From: Vicugna vicugna | Lineage: Eukaryota | Reading direction: 5' to 3' | Assembly: GCA_013265495.1 (NCBI GenBank) | Contig: MU058065.1 | Coordinates: 10,209,720-10,273,719, forward strand | Length of the DNA stretch: 64,000 bases | Shown here: piece by piece, positions 53,093-64,000 of the stretch | How the letters are laid out: the number at the start of each line of letters is the position of its first letter | Numbering within the stretch: position 1 is the stretch's first letter | Program-made: the position numbers and the translations under genes | The notes under the pieces: model-generated | Database searches by the model: none | What the model was told of the DNA's origin: nothing | The model's input: the letters and a program-made list of their open reading frames with translations, nothing else

Positions 53093-53381
53093 TCTATTTT
53101 CCTATTTTTATATAATATTGTTCTTTTTTATTTGCTTTTAAAATAACTAATAGTGTTATTTCCCTCATTCTATATTTTCCCCTGCACTGTACTGAAATTT
53201 ATATAATCTACTTCTATCTTTTCTGGTCACTGTAGAATGTTCTTTTACATTAATCTGTGTATTTAATTTTTTCCTTAGTAATGTAAGAACCTTAGAAAAA
53301 TTTAATTCCATCTCACTTCTCCTCATTTATATACAGTTTTATCCATATGAATATTTTAATGCTTGTATACATTATTTTGTT

Positions 53382-53653
53382 CTTTTATTTTTTTATTGAA
53401 GTATAGTAGATTTACAGTGTTGTGTTAATTTCTGGTATACAGCAGAGTGATTCATTTATATATAATTCCTTTTCATAATAAGCCATTACAAGGTATTAAA
53501 TATAGTTTCCTGTGATCTACAGTATGACCTTCTTGTTCATCTATTTTATATATAGTAGTTAGTACCTGCAAATCCAGAACTCCCAATTTACCCTTCTCCA
53601 CCCCTTTTTCCCCTGGTAACCATAGGTTTGTTTTCTGTGTCTCTGAGTCTGTC
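53382..53653 (-). mobile_element. 5'-truncated L1 3' UTR with long TSD
   Basis: ttttattgaagtatagtagatttacag...ggtaaccataggtttgttttctgtgtctctgagtctgt; 35-bp flanking direct repeat 53347-53381 / 53654-53688. Confidence 0.9.
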
Positions 53654-54081
53654 ATGAATATTTTAACCCTTGTATGCATTAGTTTGTTGCTTTATGCAGG
53701 TTAACTTTATGCAACACATACATACAAATCTATTTTTCTTCGCTCAACAGTTACTCTTTCAATTTAGACCTCTTTTCTGTGATCACTTTGCATATATATG
53801 TATGAAATTCCCTTAGAAAGTCTTGTGATAGTGATTTTCTTAGTTTTTATGTGAAAATACCTTCTTTTGCTTCCCTTTTGAAAGTTAATTTTTCGTATGT
53901 ATATTTTAAGTTAAATTTTTTTTCCCTTCAGTTCTTGGAAAATATTTCTATTATTTTACTGGCTTTCAATCCTTATTATTGACAAGTCAGCTATAAGATA
54001 TCTTCCTTTTAGAGGTAGTTTTGCCTTTTATCTCTGGCTCTATTTAAAAACACATCCTAGTTTATTTTCAGATTTAATATA

Positions 54082-54888
54082 CAGTAGTCCCCCTTTCTCT
54101 GTGGTTCTAGTTACCTGTAGTCAATCTCTGTCTGAAAATATTAAATGGAAAATTCTAGAAATAAACATTCATAAATTTAAATTGTGTGCTGGTCCGAGTA
54201 GCATGATGAAGTTTCCTGCTATTCAGCTCCATGAATCTTCTGTTTGTATTCCACCCATTAGTCACAAAGTAGCCATCTAGGTTATTAGGTAAATTGTCTC
54301 ATGACAGTGCTTGTGTTCAGGTAAGGCCTTTTCCTTAATAATGGCCCCAAAGCACAAGAGTAGAGATTCTGGCAATTCCAATATGCCAAAGAGAAGTTGT
54401 AAAGTGCTTCCTTTAAGTGAAAAGCTGGAACTTCTCAACTTAGTAAGGTAAGGAAAAAAATCATATGCTGAGGTTGATAAGATCAATGGTAAAAACAGAT
54501 CTTCTATCCATGAAATCATGAAAAAGGAAAAAGAAGTCCGTGCTAGTTTTGCTGTCGCACGTCAGACTATAAGAGCTATGACCACTATGTGTGAAAAGTG
54601 CTTAGTTAAGATGGAAAGGGTGTTAAATTTGTACGAGATATTTTGAGAGAGAGAGAGATTCCATATTCACGTTAATTTTATTACAGTATATTGTCATGAT
54701 TTTTCTATTTTATTATTAGTTATTGTTAATTTCCAACTTCCTATGCCTAATTTATAAATTAAACTTTATCACAGGAAGGTTTGTACAGGAAAAAACATAC
54801 TATATATATAAGGTTCAGTACTAATCAACATTTCAGGCATCCACTGGAGTCTTGGAACAGATTTCCAGTGGATAAGGGAGAACTACTG
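54082..54888 (+). mobile_element. MER44/Tigger7-type DNA transposon (internally deleted) with both TIRs and TA TSD
   Basis: TA|cagtagtccccctttctctgtgg ... ccagtggataagggagaactactg|TA; contains a transposase N-terminal remnant. Confidence 0.92.
54383..54646 (+). pseudogene. Tigger transposase N-terminal (CENP-B-like HTH) remnant
   Basis: MPKRSCKVLPLSEKLELLNLVR*GKKSYAEVDKINGKNRSSIHEIMKKEKEVRASFAVARQTIRAMTTMCEKCLVKMERVLNLYEIF*; one in-frame stop, no DDE domain. Confidence 0.8.
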
Positions 54889-57315
54889 TAATACATATAG
54901 CTGTGAATAGCTTTGCTGAGCTTTCTGATTCTGAAGATTGGCATCTTTTCTCAATTTGGAAAAATATATGTGATTTTTCCCTTCTAATATTCCTGTGCCA
55001 GAGTTCTATCATTTTTTGCCTTCTAGGAATCAAATCAGAATTCTTGTTCTACTGGATTTGTCTCTTAAATTTACTTTTCTATTTTCTACTTTTTTTTTTT
55101 TGTCCATCTCTATTGCATTCTGGATAGGTTTATGAAAGCTAACTTACACATTTTTACTTTTTATTTAGTTGTGTCTAATTGCTTTATATTTCACTCTTTA
55201 TTGAATGTTCTATTTTTAGTAATTATTTTTTTTAAGTTTGGTCAATTTTGATAATTTATTTTTCTTCATTGTTTTCTCAATTCCCTACTTCATTTTTTCA
55301 AACATACTAATCATGTTTCTATTATAAACTGCACCTGATAAATTCAATGTCTGCTTTCTCTGTGAGTTTCAGTTTTTAGTTTGTAACTTTGCTAATTCTC
55401 ATTCATCATATGTTCTATAACTTTTTAAAATTGTAATTTCATGTGATTTAAAAATTTATCTGACAAAAGTTTTGAGATCTCCCTTTCAAGAATATCTTCA
55501 GAAGAGGTTTATTATTTCTTCTAGCAGAGGCTTGGAGAAATAATTGACTCACCACCCTTGCAGACCTTGGGATGGACTTGTGGTTTTTAGGCACCTAAGT
55601 ACTAAGAATTTCAACTTTTAACTTTTGTGAGTAAGTAGTTGTGAAAAGTAAAAGTAAAGACTGTTACTGTCTTTGTCTATTCTACACACAGCTAAGACAA
55701 AAACAGGCACATATCTTTCTGCATGGTACGTTTATTGTTTATTGTTGTGTTTTGTTTTGTTGTTGTTAATGATGCCCAGCCACTAAAGGTAGAAGTAAAA
55801 TTCATCTACTAAAGTTTGGTTTTCTTTAGGTATCTTCAATCTGACCTAGCTTGCTCAGTTTTGATTTCTGGCCAATATATGCATGGAGCTCATTTAAGTC
55901 TGGAATCCAGGCCAGCAGGACCCAATAACATGCTGCATATTCTCACAATTTCTGGACCCCCTTTCCTGTTACTTGTCTGGAGTAACTCATTTCCATCCCC
56001 TCACCAAACTCCATTTGTCTGATGTTATCTTTCAAGATAAGTTTAAGTACAGTCTTCTTCCTAACTCTATACTTGATTACTCCAACTAAAAATATTTTTA
56101 TCTTCTGATTTCCCATACATTACATTAATATATGTTAATTTGAATTTAAGAATATCTATCTTGAATTCAAATGTATATGTCTAACATTCCCTTTTAGACA
56201 ATAGCTTACTGGTGGATAGAAGGACAACTTGTTTTATCTTCCATTGTATTTGTCAAAACTCTGGGTGCTGAGTCTCACTGAGTCAACACACTGGTATCTC
56301 ATCAGTTTGTTAGCATTAAAACAAAATTATAGGAAATATATTAAAATACAATTAAAATTTATTCTAGGTTGGTTGTGACATTTTAGAAGCTTATAAACCT
56401 TAATGCTTAACATCTGGCATAAGTCACCTACTATAGATAACTTTATAACTGAATATAACTTGAAACAAATTTAGTTACCAACTAAGTGGCATTCAGCAGA
56501 GAAACAAGGACTAAATGGACTAACCCTGAGTAGTTAAAAAAGCAATAACAAGTTTGTGATACAGTGTTCACAACTTCAAATTCTAAATCTTTCAGTTGTT
56601 GGCCCAATTTTAGACTCTGTCTTGTAACTGCTACCTAATGTAGCTATTATATGAATTTAGAATCCCAAGAGAACCTTCTTCAAAGCATAGTCTTCTTCAC
56701 AGTACATTCTGCATTACATTTACCCATTTCCATAATATGATCCCCAGCCATATTTTAAAAGAAACGTAGTAACTTTGGGTGCACAATGAACATGGTTTCT
56801 GTGGGAAACAATAAAATGTCATATAAAAAGTTTTTAGGTTAGATATGAGAAACTTAAACAAGCAATATTTTAACTTTCAACTACATAGCTTCATCTTATT
56901 TTTTGAACTATTTCATAGAAGATTTCAAGGGTTTTTGGAGAGAAACAAAGGTGCAAAGAATTTATCATCTTTCAGAGGTCATTTAAACAACATAACACAT
57001 ATCTCTAGCTCTGGGCTTCATAGCAGTTCAAATTTACTTACTGGGAAAAAGAATTGCTTCTTGAGATTTCCAATTGAAACTATAAAATGTTGCCTTCAAC
57101 CATATATTTTAGCCTATATAAAATGCCTTTTCTTAATCCATTTGTCCATATGCCTGCTTGATTTAATCACTTACGGGATTTTTTATATATTCATAAGTCA
57201 GAGAGCTAACCGCTAGTGTAAATGGACTATATAAATTATGGATACATTTGCAAGAAGTGTGATGAATTCAGCATAACTGACATAAGATATACACAAAAGC
57301 AAAATTCTTTAGTGC

Positions 57316-57395
57316 TTTTTTTTAAATTGAGGCATAATTGACATATAACATTACATTAGTTTAGGTGTACAACATAATGATTTAATATTTGTGTC
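57316..57395 (-). mobile_element. Very short L1 3' end insertion
   Basis: ttttttttaaattgaggcataattgacatataacattacattagtttaggtgtacaacataatgattt; flanks tagtgctt / tagtggctt are a possible TSD. Confidence 0.75.
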
Positions 57396-59836
57396 TAGTG
57401 GCTTCCTTAATAAATATTTTTAGCTCCACCCGAGAGAAAATTGTCATAAAAATTGACCCTCTTGTTTTTCCCATGTTCACATTTCATGTTTTAGAAGTCA
57501 ATTAAAATTCCGCTGTCAGTATACAATAAATGAAGGTTTATAAAACTGTATTTTTTTCTTTTTCAGTTTTATTAGGTAGAATGACTACAGTTCAACTGCA
57601 CATATACATTATATTGCATGTAAATATATATATACAGTATACTACACATTTAAAAAATTTACATATATGTACTGATCATTGTTTCTAAGAACGGATTAGA
57701 GCATTAGCTTTTTAAACTTGCGTAGTTTTCAAAGGAATAAAGCCGACTACAAAATAAGAATCAACAGAATGCGGTAATACAATCATAAAGGACAGTCAAG
57801 TGTTCTTACATATATTCAAGAAATCATAGTCAAAATTTTTATATGCTGTGTTATATTTTCTTTCTAAAGGCGGCAAGTATTCAGTTTTTTAAAAAAATCC
57901 TTTTCCCCTTCACGATTAGAATGATGAAATTTCATTTGCATTCAAATAATTAAATGTAATGTTTGGATGAGTGGTTTAAATTTAACATTCCAAACCACAC
58001 ATTTTAGAAATAAGACAACTGAGGTAATGTTTAAAATGAATAAATAGTAAACATAGAATTCTACTTGTAGACTAGAAACTTCTTAAATGTGATCAATATT
58101 TTAATCTCTCTCTTGATCCTCATATTATTATATATGGGACCTGGTACATAATTGGCCTTGGTTAATATTGAAGATATAAATGAGAGCATAATTCAAATCA
58201 TATATACCATTTCTGAGATCTGAAAAGTTCACTCCTATCTTTTTTCAGAATCATCTGTTAGGCAATAAAAACAAAAACAGAAACTAAAAGAGAAAAAGGA
58301 CTTTGGGTAAACTGGCCATTCAATACCTTAGCAAGTAAAGTAACCTTGTGCATGGAAAATTCCCCCTTTCTTCTCCCTGGAATGAAAGATTATAAAGTTC
58401 AAGCAAAAGCTAAAGCTTTGTAAGCACTCTCCATAGGATAACATTGTTGAGGGGGCCCCACGGGACTGTATCTTCCAAGCACGGGGCCTGGACCTTTATC
58501 TACACCGCTCCAGCCCTCCCCCATAACCAGGATTCAGTCCAAGACTGAGCTGTTTTGGACACATCCTTTTTGGTTTTCCTCAGTTCCATAGTGCTGAAAG
58601 TTGGACATCTAAAACATTACCTTAGTTTTCCCATCCTCGTCTTCTGTTTTCACTTCTCTTAAATGCACTTTCCTTTTTTAAGCCCCACAATAAGGTAATA
58701 CAAATGTTTAAAATCTCTTTTGCTTCAATATTTATTCCAATATGAAATAAGCTTTGGGTCTGTCTGTCCTACATTCTTCTATAGTTTTACTTAAAGGAGA
58801 ATAAATTTGATACTTTAAAACATCATACTTGAGAATTCTGTAACATTTATTGAGCATACTTAAAGTTAGATATATTTTTAAAAATACATTTCTGTCACTT
58901 ACTGCAATCCAATGATTTTACAACTTTTAACATAAAGAAATAATACAAACAATATTTCCAAATTGTATATGTCTTTTGAATGCAAGTTTTCCTTTAGAAG
59001 GAGGCAACAAAGTCCTATTAAAAGTTAACATATTTAACACCCAAATTAAACCAGCTTATGTTTTCCAATAAAATTGTTAGAAGTCTTCAGAGTCTCTGAA
59101 TGTCTTCAAAACTACCCAATTTGACTTGATTCAGGATATTTGGAACAAATTCCTACTGCCTGCATTGAAAAATGATTAAAGCATCTCTATCCATATCTAT
59201 AGTAAGAAAGCATATTTTATTATAGTGTATCTACCTTCCTTAAGACTTTTTCTTTCAAATTTTATCATTCCTAACAAACTGAAAAAAAGTTGGGATTGAT
59301 TACAGCCCAAATCTTCTTAATGTTTGAGAAAAAATTTTTCTATTTTCTCCTTCTGAACATTCTGATTGAGAGTTCAAAATACATATATAAAATAATTTGA
59401 TAATAATCATTTTTATTCTCTATATATATGTCATATTATAAAATTATTAAACTTTGTCTTTGGGAGATGTAAAGAAGAGTAATTGAACCCATCAATCAAT
59501 AGTGCCTTAGAGAATTTTGTTTTGAATCCTGAATGAATAGAGGCATCTCCTCTCTCCTGAGTTTGGGAAACAGAATATAAACTCGAAACTTCAGTTCTGT
59601 TGGGTTTGTTAGGTTCATTTGTACCCAGATTGAAATAGAAACACATAGTACATTTGTGGAAAGAAATAGTTTGGGAATCATCTCTAAGCACTCACAGGAA
59701 TTCAAGATGTTGAACATGGTGGACTAGTCCCAGAAGCTGGATTTGCACTTCTTTTAAGAAGTCTTATCTGACCTTCAACACTTTATTTTTCTTCATTTCC
59801 AGTTCTATTAGCATCAGTCTCTTCCTTGCTATAGCC

Positions 59837-59871
59837 ATATATATATATACATATGTATATATATATATATA
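59837..59871. repeat. Interrupted (TA)n microsatellite
   Basis: atatatatatatacatatgtatatatatatatata. Confidence 0.9.
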
Positions 59872-60500
59872 CAGTCAGTTTACATTGCTGTGTTAATTTC
59901 TGGTGTACAGCATAATGCTTCAGTCATACATGAACACACATATATTTGTTTTCATATTCTTTTTCACCATAAATTACTATAAGATATTGAATATAGTTCC
60001 CTGTGCTATACAGTATGAATTTGTTGTTTATCTATTTTATATATATTAGTTAGTATCTGCAAATCTCAAACTCCCAATTTATCCCTTCCAACCCCTTCCC
60101 CCCCTCCCCAGTAACCATAAGTTTATTTTCTATGTTTGTGAGCCTGTTTCTGTTTTGTAAATAAGTTCATTTGTCTTTTTTTTTTTTTTCAGATTCCACG
60201 TGTAAGTGCTATCATATGGTATTTTTTTCTCTCTTTCCGGCTTACTTCACGTAGAATGACAGTCTCCAGGTCCATCCATGTTGCTGCAGATGGCATTATT
60301 TTATTATTTTTTATGGCTGAGTAGAATTCCATTGTATAAATACACCACAACTTCTTTATCCAGTCATCTGTTGATGGACATTCAGGTTGTTCTATGCTTG
60401 TCTGTTATAAATTGTGCTGCTATGAACATTAGGGTGCATGTAGTTTTTGAATTACTGTTCCCTTTGGATATGTGCCCAGGAGTGGGATTCCTGGATCATA
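59870..60500 (-). mobile_element. 5'-truncated L1 (ORF2 C-terminal end plus 3' UTR), camelid type
   Basis: acagtcagtttac...gaatatagttccctgtgctatacag...tccaggtccatccatgttgctgca...gtgctgctatgaacattagggtgcatg...cccaggagtgggattcctggatcata. Confidence 0.93.
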
Positions 60501-61024
60501 GGCACAAAATGCTTTTTTTTAATCTGAGAACAATAATATACAGTAGGTTAGCTTAGAGGATAGAATTGAGGAAATGAAAATTTTAGGTTAGTAGGATTTT
60601 ATAGTCATTGTTATCATATAATTATATCATATCTCATAAAGCATGTGTGATATGGTTTAATACTTTTTCAAAAGATTAGTAAATAAAATTTACTTATACT
60701 GAAAAGTGTGAAACATTTATTCATCTGAGTAGTCACAATAGGTGGTCTACTTTAAAAAGTATATCATCAATTAAGTGGAGCTTTTGGATGTTTGAACATA
60801 TACACAAGCAATATGATTTGCATGTGAATTCTTATATTTTAAACACTATGAAAGAATAAACACTATGAAAATACTAAATACTGTGCAAAATATATGTAAA
60901 AATATATAAAAACAAAAAAGTTATTCATGCTCTCATATTTAAACATGGGCACCACTAATATTTTGACATGGTGAAATAATTTTTTATTTATTTACATATT
61001 TTAAAAGAAATATTGAATATGTTT

Positions 61025-61376
61025 AGGGTGTACAGCATGAAGCACCCAGATCTGCAGGAACCATCCTGAAGGCTGGGTCTGTGGGGACTGGCCTAGACCT
61101 GGTGGATGCTTGGTGCTCCCCTGCAAGGAGGGTGTCTCTCCTTGGGCTGGGCTGCCTGGGTGTGGGTGAGGGGTGACAGGGGTAATATGGAACTGTCTTT
61201 TCTATCATCTTCCAGGTATCTGGTTTTATTTTTTCACTCTACCCAGATACTGTAATCTCTCACTTGAAATCATTATAGCTTGTGAAGGTATTTTTGTGCA
61301 TGGGTAGTTGTTCAAATTGATGTTTCTGGTAGGGAACAAGCACTGGAAACTCCTCTACTGCTATCTTGCTGATGTT
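61025..61376 (-). mobile_element. Isolated 5' UTR of an older L1M element
   Basis: - strand begins acatcagcaagatagcagtagaggagtttccagtgcttgttccctaccagaaacatcaatttgaacaactacccatgcacaaaaataccttcacaag, resembling L1M 5' starts with a degenerate YY1 site. Confidence 0.7.
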
Positions 61377-61393
61377 GCTTTCTCATATTTCTC

Positions 61394-63476
61394 TGTATTT
61401 TTGAACTATTGCTGTATAACCAACATTTACAGCATGTTGGTGGTATGCAATAAGCACTTACTTTGCTCATGGATATTCAGTTTGTCTGAAGTGGCTTTGT
61501 TTCAAGTTATCATGGCTGTTAGGTATTTATCCTGCCTGAAGTGTTTGTTCACAGCTAAGGAGGTACCACCCCTCTAGGAGGTCTTTTCAATGGTAATGGC
61601 AGCCACACAAGAGAAGAAATTCCAACACTGAGGTAGATTTTAAGCCTTTGTCTTTTGTCTGCTAGAATTTCCTTGGCTAATCAAGTCATAGGCTGAGTCC
61701 AAAAATCAAAAGGACAGGAAAGCATACTCCTCCTGTGAAGCTGGGGAGGTAAGAGAGAAGAAACATTTTCAACAATAATCTAATCTAACACAGTCTTCAT
61801 AAATATTCATGTCTGTTCCATATGAAAAATATACCACTACCTCCCAAGATCCTCCCCAAATCTCATCCAATAATGGCATATGACTTGAATTCCAGAATCT
61901 TGTAATTTATATAAATTCTCGAAGTGGCTCTTTTTGACTATGAAGCTCAAATCAAGTTATCAATTCTCATGTGTTCTCCCACATACTCAAACTAAAATAT
62001 GGTGAAATGTACATAGATTAAGAGGAAAAACTGAGAAAGTTAGAAAAGAGGGAAATACAAAGAACAGAATCATCTATGGAAATTCTGTAATCATGTTGGA
62101 CATATATTGCTGGGTTTTTCTATCCTGGTTCTGCTCCCTGGAAGTGACCCAACAGTCCGTTATTCTCCACGGCTCTCGGCTTTGCCCAATGAAAGCACTT
62201 TCCTTTTACATCTTCTTCCTTGGCCACATTTGAAGAAGGCATTAAAAAATTTACTTTTTATTTGTGATGCTGAGCAACTTTTCCAGCCTGCTTCCTTCTC
62301 ATAGAAAGTTCTAGGCTCGGAGGTGCTTTCCTATCTCAGATACATGTAATTTTAATTTAGTTCACACCAACAAAACTTTTTCTAACACAGCTCTCTCGAA
62401 GCTTTGTGAGTCTTCAATATCTGTAACCCCATCAAGTCTATGTGCCATAAATTATGTTATCAATTTTTTTTTGAGGCATGCCTCATGTCTCTCTCTTTTA
62501 TGGGTATTTCTTTACAAGAATCCTTTAGCATAGCTGAAAACATACCAACTTTTAACTTTTAGATCTTGAAGAGTGACACAACCAAACTTTTAATTTTTTT
62601 GAACTTTATTGGTACATCCTGGATACAGCTTCTGCCCCTAAGCTTTCTCCATTTGTCTTTGATTTGAGGATCTTTTACTGGCTCAAGAAATTAGAGGTGA
62701 GAAATTTCTATTTTCCAACCCCTCAAATTTAAGAATATGTGGACTTATATTTACATTTAATTCTTCTACTTCAGGCAATATCTTGTCAAAATGCAGATAA
62801 TAAGAGCCAGCACACACTTAATATTCTTCCTGTAAACCACCAAGTCCCCGTCTACAAGTTCAAAATACACATACCCTACTTGACAAGGTGCAGTAGGCTA
62901 TAGTTTGACAAATGTTTTACCACTATATTATAATTTAGGCAATAATTTTTCTTAACAGTTCCTTAGCCATTTTTTTTCCTGATCCCTGTAGAAGTGTCCT
63001 TATCACTCACTGGTCAACCTCAAAACCTATTTAATTTTTGTTACACCAGCACCCCATATCTCTGTTTCAATTTAATAACAAATGTCTATAAAATCTCAGT
63101 AGCATAAAATACAAGCATATGTTTCACACCATAGACTGTGGGCCTTCTGGTATGATTCTGCTTCAAGTTTTGATGCTGTGTTAGCAATGTTGCCCACTGC
63201 GGGATGTGCCCTACACACTTTCATTTCTGGGGTGCAGACTGAAATATCAGCAGCTGCCCAAGGGAATAGTTTCTTATGACTATGACAGAACTACAAAAGG
63301 GCAAGTCTGTTGTATAAACACATTTCAAGTGCTTGCTGGATTCACATCTTCTAACATCCAGTTGGCCCAGGCAAGTCACACTGTTGAGCCCAATGTCAAA
63401 AAATAAGGAAGAATATACATTCTCTGGAAATAAAGAAGGAGAGAAGAAATTTTTGAACAATTGTCTAATAGAATAC
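61394..63476 (-). mobile_element. Two-LTR MaLR (MLT1-type) provirus: LTR 61394-61792, internal ~61793-63060, LTR ~63063-63476
   Basis: Both LTR copies share ttggc...caagtcac/t...tgagt/cccaa...tcaaaa and gagagaagaaa...tttt.aacaat..tctaat; internal part ends in cagcacccca as antisense MaLR-int does. Confidence 0.7.
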
Positions 63477-64000
63477 TTAGAACATTTTTCTTAATAATTT
63501 AGTTAATTTTAGAAATTGATCATAATATAACTTGTATTAAAAAGTTATTGTTTATAAGAGTCTAAAGAATTCATTATGGCAATAACTATCCATTTGCTAT
63601 GCTAGTGATTCAAACATCTGGCTATAGCTGTAAAAAAATATTTTCTTTTAGCTAAGATGGTTCACTCTAATCCTGAGAGGGCAAATGTCACCATTCTTTT
63701 TATTAAGTTAAAATTGCTCATTCTGAATAATATATTATAGTGAAAATGCATTTTAGAAAAAAAAAAAAACCTACTCTCAAAACCATTCATGGACAGAGAA
63801 ATCTATGTTAGCTGATTTGTGAAGTTATTAATGTTGCAACTGGTATCATCAATCTGAAAATGAATTCTGTATTTGTATTTTAAATGAGATCACAGTGTAA
63901 GATTGCCTCCATCCTTTTCTTTTGAAAACTAATACAAACCATCCTAGCTTAGCATTCATCTCTCTGCTGAAAAACTCCACTAATATAATCGTATACTGAA

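Noticed and set aside
56845..57216. 123-aa ATG-initiated ORF
   Set aside because: AT-rich codon content, no motif or exon signals; compatible with chance in 64 kb
60278..60556. 92-aa ORF MLLQMALF...
   Set aside because: Antisense reading of L1 ORF2 end, a common artefact
60841..60871. Direct repeat aaacactatgaaa x2
   Set aside because: Ordinary short tandem duplication with no element between the copies
1..64000. CRISPR array, operon, prophage, rRNA, known miRNA/snoRNA or CpG-island promoter
   Set aside because: No regularly spaced repeats, no gene-dense coding, no recognisable RNA gene sequence, and CpG is depleted throughout; the sequence is mammalian non-coding DNA

Overview
AT-rich, CpG-depleted mammalian non-coding DNA (intergenic or inside a long intron), most likely from a camelid. 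That assignment rests on a Vic-1-like tRNA-derived SINE at 52945-53092 and several cetartiodactyl/camelid-type L1 3' ends. I find no recognisable protein-coding gene, rRNA, functional tRNA, CRISPR array or prokaryotic system, and the supplied ORFs are mostly chance frames or repeat-derived. The window is a layered record of transposons. Young 5'-truncated L1s carry readable target-site duplications (TSDs): one has a twin-priming inversion, one a ~35-bp TSD, and one is split by a ~0.8-kb solo ERV LTR. Also present are a complete MER44/Tigger7-type DNA element with a transposase N-terminus remnant, a two-LTR MaLR provirus, an orphan L1 5' UTR, and many old L2/MIR/L1M/LTR fragments. Between the repeats are unique blocks with candidate cryptic exons, several recursive-splice-like AG|GTAAG junctions on the + strand, and enhancer-like motif clusters. 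I cannot support a claim of a new biological system; the best leads are listed with tests. Repeat family names come from my recall of consensus sequences, not from a database search, and boundaries of old elements are approximate.
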